Shown here one piece after another: positions 58,257 through 64,000 of a stretch of 64,000 nucleotides of DNA. How positions within the stretch are numbered: position 1 is the first letter of the stretch; every line of letters begins with the position of its first letter. The position numbers and the translations under genes are program-made. The notes under the pieces were generated by a model that saw only the letters and a program-made list of their open reading frames with translations, was not told the DNA's origin and searched no databases. Source of the DNA: Eledone cirrhosa (Eukaryota); contig OZ024743.1 in assembly GCA_964016885.1 (NCBI GenBank), positions 235,910,001-235,974,000 on the forward strand. Reading direction: 5' to 3'.

Positions 58257-59795
58257 ATACAAGCCATGTATAAAGAAAGAGTCAGCAAGGTTAGAATTAA
58301 CAACGAATATAGTGAAGAGTTTAGCGTAAAAGTTGGCGTCCATCAGGGCTCTGTTCTCAGCCCCCTACTATTTATTATTGCCCTTCAGGCTATAACAGAG
58401 GAGTTCAAGACAGGCTGCCCATGGGAACTCCTATACGCAGACGACCTGACACTCATAGCGGAATCAATGGCCGAGCTAGAGAAGAAATTCCAAACATGGA
58501 AGCACGGTCTAGAGTCAAAAGGACTTAAAATTAACCTGGCTAAGACCAAAGTTCTAGTTTGTAGGAAAGAAAACAAGGCGGCGATCCCTTCTGGGAAATG
58601 GTCGTGCTCGATGTGTAGGAAAGGCGTAGGTAGAAACTCCATTTTATGTCCTAAATGCAAAGTATGGGTGCATAAAAGATGTAGTGGGATCACAGGTAAG
58701 CTAACTAAGAACATAGATTTTATATGTGGCCGGTGTTCTGGTGCAATAAGTAGCAGCAAGTGCCCACAAAATACTAGCTCTTTCAATTGCGCAGAGGGTT
58801 CTATAGAAATAGTGGACAGCTTCCGTTACCTGGGCGATAAAATCAGCAGTGGGGGAGGGTGCTCTGAAAGTACTGTAGCTAGAGTCAGAACTGGTTGGAA
58901 AAAGTTCAGAGAGCTTATACCACTATTAGCTGCTAAAGGGTTCTCCCTAAAAATGAAAGGCAGGTTGTACGATGCCTGCATACGAACAGCAATGCTGCAT
59001 GGCAGTGAGACCTGGGCATTGTGTGCAGAGGATATACGCAGACTAGAGAGGAACGAAGCTTGCATGCTCCGCTGGATGTGTAACAGTAATATACGTGAAC
59101 GGCAAAGCATAAACGAACTAAGGAAAAAATTAGAGATAAGAGGGATCAGATGTTGTTTACTCGAGAGAAGGCTACGTTGGTATGGACACGTGATGCGCAT
59201 GAAAGTCGATAGCTGTATAACAAAGTGCAGGGCAATAAAGATAGACGGTAGTCACGGAATAGGCAGATCTAGAAAAACCTGGGACGAGCTGATAAACTCC
59301 GACATCACACACTTACACCTCTCCAAGACAATGTCACTGGACCGAGACCTTTGGCGGTACTCAGTAACAGAGAAGACCCGCCTTACCTAAATATATAGTA
59401 AAACCTACTCCAGCCAGTAGGCATCTCTAACAACATACACCCCGTCCCACCACCCCCACCCCCACCCCATCCATACCACCCCGTTCTATGTAAAGTTATG
59501 TTGGTGCCGCGCCATCCAGGCCGAAACAAATGAGATCGTGTAGGTGTCACGACAAAAAAACACACAGTCCACGCTGTAATGTGGCCGTGTAGGCAACACG
59601 GTAAAAACCTCCCAGACCCACACTGTAAATGTGGTTGGTGTTAGGAAGGGCATCCAACTGTAGAAAACCTGCCAGACAGTCCTATGCGAGCAAGACAATC
59701 ACTCTTGCCTCAAGTGGGACTACCCCCGTCCAAACCCATGCAAGCGTGGAACACGGACGTTAAACGTTGATGATGATGATGATGATGATGATGAT
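58255..59795 (+). mobile_element. 5'-truncated RTE family A, young copy with open 374-aa frame (58266-59390)
   Basis: Near-identical to 21122-22633. Includes YADD and the PHD finger. Confidence 0.97.
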
Positions 59796-59814
59796 ATATA
59801 TATAAATATATATA

Positions 59815-60618
59815 TCATAATCTATAAAGCTCAGTGTGTGGTCATGCTCCTTCGTTATAGAAATTTACGACATAGAATTTCTTCAATTGAAATATACAAT
59901 TTAGTAATCGAAAAAGCTTCGATTGCGTCTTGACGCAGATAATTTTTTCAATTTCACCCACAATTACGCAAAAAATAGATAAAACTCAATATTTTACGAT
60001 TTTTCTCTCTCATTTAAACTGCTGAACTCTTTCTACTACCATTCAAAATCTATACAACTTCATACTTTCTGCTACTTTCTCTTTCCAAGCTTGATGGTGA
60101 TACTGTCCGTTCACACCACTCCCTACTGTCTTAAATTTAGAAAACACATATCCTCTATGAGGTTACTAAACCTGCTAGAAACAGCAGCTAACTCTCCACA
60201 ATATCACACCGCTCCCTACTGTCTTAAATTTAGAAAACATATCTTCTATGAGGTCACTAAACCTGCTAGAAACAGCAGCTAACTCTCCCCAATATCACAA
60301 CCCTCCCTACTGTCTTAAATTTAGAAAACACACAGATAACCATGCAGAACAACTCCATCGCAGCTCTGTTGTCCGGCTGGCATCATCTACGCGCGTGTTG
60401 CGCAAGTACTGTGAAACAATAAATTTCAACACTTTTTTGCACAGAGATAATATCCAGAGGCGAAACTACAATTGTCACTGCTGGCGCAGCTCATGCTTCC
60501 AGGTCTGCAATTCATTCACCCAGTGCCTGGCAGACAAAAAAGTGCTGCCATAAAATGGGTGGTGCAACCTAACTTTGGTAACTTAATGACCCCGAGCAAC
60601 GCCGGGCTTTAATGGTAG
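59815..60618 (+). mobile_element. Non-autonomous Helitron related to 32581-33615
   Basis: A|TCATAATCTATAAAG start and CCCGAGCAACGCCGGG-CTTTAATG-GTAG|T end (CTAG mutated). Confidence 0.85.
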
Positions 60619-60621
60619 TAT

Positions 60622-60712
<91 letters not shown>

Positions 60713-60722
60713 AATATATATA

Positions 60723-60773
<51 letters not shown>

Positions 60774-60783
60774 GCATATATAT

Positions 60784-60819
<36 letters not shown>

Positions 60820-60836
60820 GCATGTATATCTATCTA

Positions 60837-61639
60837 TCTATATATATAAAACTGAGGTTGTCTGTCTGTCTATCGATTTTTGGCACACATCTCCTCTTAG
60901 AATCTCTCACGGAATTGCACCGAAATTGCTATACTTGTACATTGAGCCCTAGCGAAGACATCGGAAAAAAAAAATTTCAAATTGACCCGCCCTATGTGAC
61001 GAAATCGAATATAATGTATCGATTTTTGAGCGTAAGTTATCAGTTATTTCCCTTTGTTCTGTTTACATTGAGCGTCTTACGTAAAAAATTACGCTGGCTT
61101 TAACAGTTGTCGAGCCAGCAAAATATTGACCTGCAAAATTCATCAGTTCGAACACTAAGCTTCCGTTTTGCTTCATTTCCATTTAAAAGCATTTTAAAAC
61201 AATATTTTTACTTGAAAACAAGTCTATTTAAAGACTACGTAAAACAAGCAAATATTTCGTCGTTAGGCGTGCAGACAGACAGTCGTGCAGACAGACAGTC
61301 GTGCAGAGAGGTGATATAGGCGTGCAGACAGACATAACTGATAATTTGGTTACGCTAATGTTTTTCTCTGCGTTGCAGTGTTTACATTTTCGATCTTTGT
61401 TAATAAATAACCAGTGCAGTTTCTATCCCCAGCATCCTCTTTTGTTATAACATTCGGGTTATCGTTATGTTTTCTTAACTTCATAAGGCATATTGTTGGT
61501 TGAGAGAATATTAATCAAAAACACCACATGCAAGTCTGCACAGTAGACACTACAGTTTTTAAGCCAAAAAAGAAACTTAACATTGTAACTTTAACACAGC
61601 TACTGAGCGACCCCGAGCAACGCCGGGCTTTACTGCTAG
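60837..61639 (+). mobile_element. Non-autonomous Helitron
   Basis: A|TCTATATATATAAAACTGAGG start and GACCCCGAGCAACGCCGGGCTTTACTGCTAG|T end. Confidence 0.88.
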
Positions 61640-62553
61640 TATAGTATAAAAGAGAAAACACAGGTAAGCATTAAGAGGAGGATTTTATCCAGGTATATCC
61701 GACCGTTTCATTGGTTAGTGCAACCTTATATTAATATACTGCAAACAGCAGCCACTCAATGATAATTGTTGTACACATCCAAATTTTCAAAATAGTGAGT
61801 AAGTTACTCTTGAAATAGTTCTTAATATATAGAGAAAAACATTTTTTTGGAATTGTATTTACTAGTAGAGAGAGGAAGAGGAATTAGAAAGTGGGGGGTC
61901 AAACGGAATAATATAGAGAGAGAGGAAGGGGGAGAATAGTTAGGAAGTAGAGTGACAAACTGAGATGGAGGGAGGGGTAGAGGTGGAAGGATTCCTTGAT
62001 CAGTTTTGATACATAGACTTCATGTCATTGATTTAGAGTGTAGTGAGTTAAAGAGAATTAAATTGTTCATAGTGGGAGGGATGGAGAGAGAGAGAGAGAG
62101 GGAAGAGATATTAAGAGATAAATATATATATAAAAAATAAAGATAAAAATAATGATAAAAATAAAAGTAAATATATATACATATACTATGCTATACATAT
62201 ATAGATGTGTATGTATATATATATATATATATGTACATATGTATATATACACACACACAGACACACCTTATATACTCACATATAAGCTGAGGAATGTGAT
62301 AAAATAAAATAAAACGATTGTAAAATGGGGAGGGGGTGTTGCTGCTCCATCTGACTCAGTTGAAAATGAATACCAGTAAACAACAGGGGTTAATACTTCA
62401 ATAGATTTATAATGTTGTGTGAAGTGTCTTGTATTCTCAGTCAATGTCCAAGCAACTAGGACAAGTTCCTGGTTCCATCCAACCCATACAAGCAGAAATA
62501 AACACAGAACATGCCATCTCTGAACTACTTTTCAACAACAACAACCGACGACT

Positions 62554-64000
62554 GTGTCTTCTACCATGCCTGTTGAAGGAGAAGAACAACAACAAAAATT
62601 GACCGTCAATACGGAGTTTGAGGAAATACGGCAAATGATTTCCGCTTTAAGCCGAGAAATAGCGGGAATAAAATCAAGCGTTCGTGTAGAACCCCACAAT
62701 GAGGGATCTTACCGCAGTGCCTTGTTAAAAAATCTCTGCGTACCTCATGTTGAACCTAGACGCATTGAGAATGCCACTGAATCTGCAAACCACGAAGTGA
62801 TTACCATTGGTGTGCCGGAAGACATAGTTGATCTTCAGGCATTTGCTGCCAGTTCATCCAAAGACCTGGGCTGTGCTCCCGCAAATGGTGCTCTATGCCT
62901 TGGCCGCCCAAGCCCGAAACCCAGGTTAATTAGACTGTCGTTTTCAAACTCAACTGAGGCACATTCATACCATGTAGCCTCTGATAAAGCTAGGCGTGAA
63001 AGTCGGATTGCTTTCCGAACACGCTCTGGACTTCCACCTGATGTCCGCCCAAAGTTGCGTGCTGCAGCTTCCTTAAACCGCAGCTTGGTAGAACATGAAA
63101 GCTTCAGCCTACGTGATGATGGGCAGATATGGAAGTTTGTTAAGGCTGGTAAAACATGGAAAAGAGATACCAGCTGGTCTGAAAACACTGCACCCACAAC
63201 AACTGACAATAAAGAAACTGAAAAAACTCTGGGAAACAACCTGCCATCCCCTGCACATAATCATATACTGGAATCAAGGTACAAATTGTTGTCCTTGAAT
63301 GCATGTAGTCTATGCAATATGATTCATCTTTTTGACACCTACGTCAAAAGTATGAACCCTGACTTCATTACAGTCACGGAAACTTGGGCACATCCCATAC
63401 ACTGTGATGGGGTTTGAAGCATAACTGGCTACAACCTGTTTCGTAAAGACCGCATTAATCGTGGTGGTGGTGGTGTAATGGTCTACGTTCGGTCAAATTT
63501 GTCGGCAATTCCTTGTGTTGATTTGAACCAATCACAGCAGGAAGTTTTTTTCCTGCGATATACGTATGACCATGTCAACACTGCTACTTGGAGTCGTTTA
63601 CCGTCCCCCAAATTACCATCAGGACACTCAACTTTGTGATATCCTCAGAGCTGCTGCCAGGAAAACAGCCACTTATGTTTTTATTGCAGGGGACTTCAAT
63701 CACCCTGAGATTGACTGGGAAACCTTTTGTTGGCCGCCAAGTGCAAATGACTTCCTTAAGCTAGTGCTGGACTCGAATTGGTCCCAAGTAGTCACCTCCA
63801 CAACAAGGTGACAACAGTTTGGACCTACTATTCACCACTACTCCTGAAATGGTCATTAGTGTTACTGCTGAGGAACCTTTGGGTGACTCTGATCATTGTC
63901 AATCTATCCCTCATGGGCAGTAACAAAAACCACAACCATCTCCAAACTGCTCACTTTGACTGGAACTGTTACTACACCCAGTTGCAACGGCCAAACTGGC
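62554..64000 (+). mobile_element. Decayed CR1/L2-group LINE: ORF1-like region plus APE endonuclease, continuing past the window end
   Basis: ORF1-like coiled coil, ITIGVPE and LGRPSPKPRLIRLSF. APE motifs SLNACSL, ITVTETW, GYNLFRKDR...GGGV, GVVYRPP, AGDFNHPEIDW, LDLLFT, LGDSDH, with stops and frameshifts. Confidence 0.85.

Noticed and set aside
61700-61712. GAAACGGTC (minus) and other isolated CTGATGA or GAAAC half-motifs (e.g. near 51000, 61140, 31790)
   Set aside because: The partner core box or stem II is missing, so they were not called as hammerheads.

Overview
AT-rich, microsatellite-dense eukaryotic DNA with no confidently identifiable host protein-coding gene. The repeat repertoire suggests a mollusc, probably an octopod cephalopod (inference from recalled repeat types, not a search). 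Almost everything interpretable is mobile DNA. (1) Two lineages of RTE-clade LINEs with (GAT)n tails, including one uninterrupted APE-RT ORF (19087-22269) and two near-identical truncated sisters. Both lineages carry a C4HC3 PHD-type zinc finger inserted inside the RT domain. (2) A complete but frameshifted Ty3/Gypsy LTR element (34413-39245, GTAAC TSD). (3) About eight non-autonomous Helitrons. (4) TTAA/piggyBac-like MITEs, a mariner relic, CRE-like and CR1-like LINE relics and tRNA-derived SINEs. (5) Many tandem arrays. Less obvious signals are: an intact-looking minimal hammerhead ribozyme (26547-26587, minus) plus degenerate relatives; a textbook recursive-splice motif (polypyrimidine-CAG|GTAAGT) with a 36-nt RS-exon candidate on the minus strand (41778-41845); systematic insertion of RTEs and Helitrons into (TA)n arrays; and a duplicated LTR-end/PBS junction inside gag. 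The minus-strand splice signals suggest the window may lie in a very long intron, but this cannot be shown from sequence alone. Coordinates were read by eye, and the boundaries of degenerate repeats are approximate.
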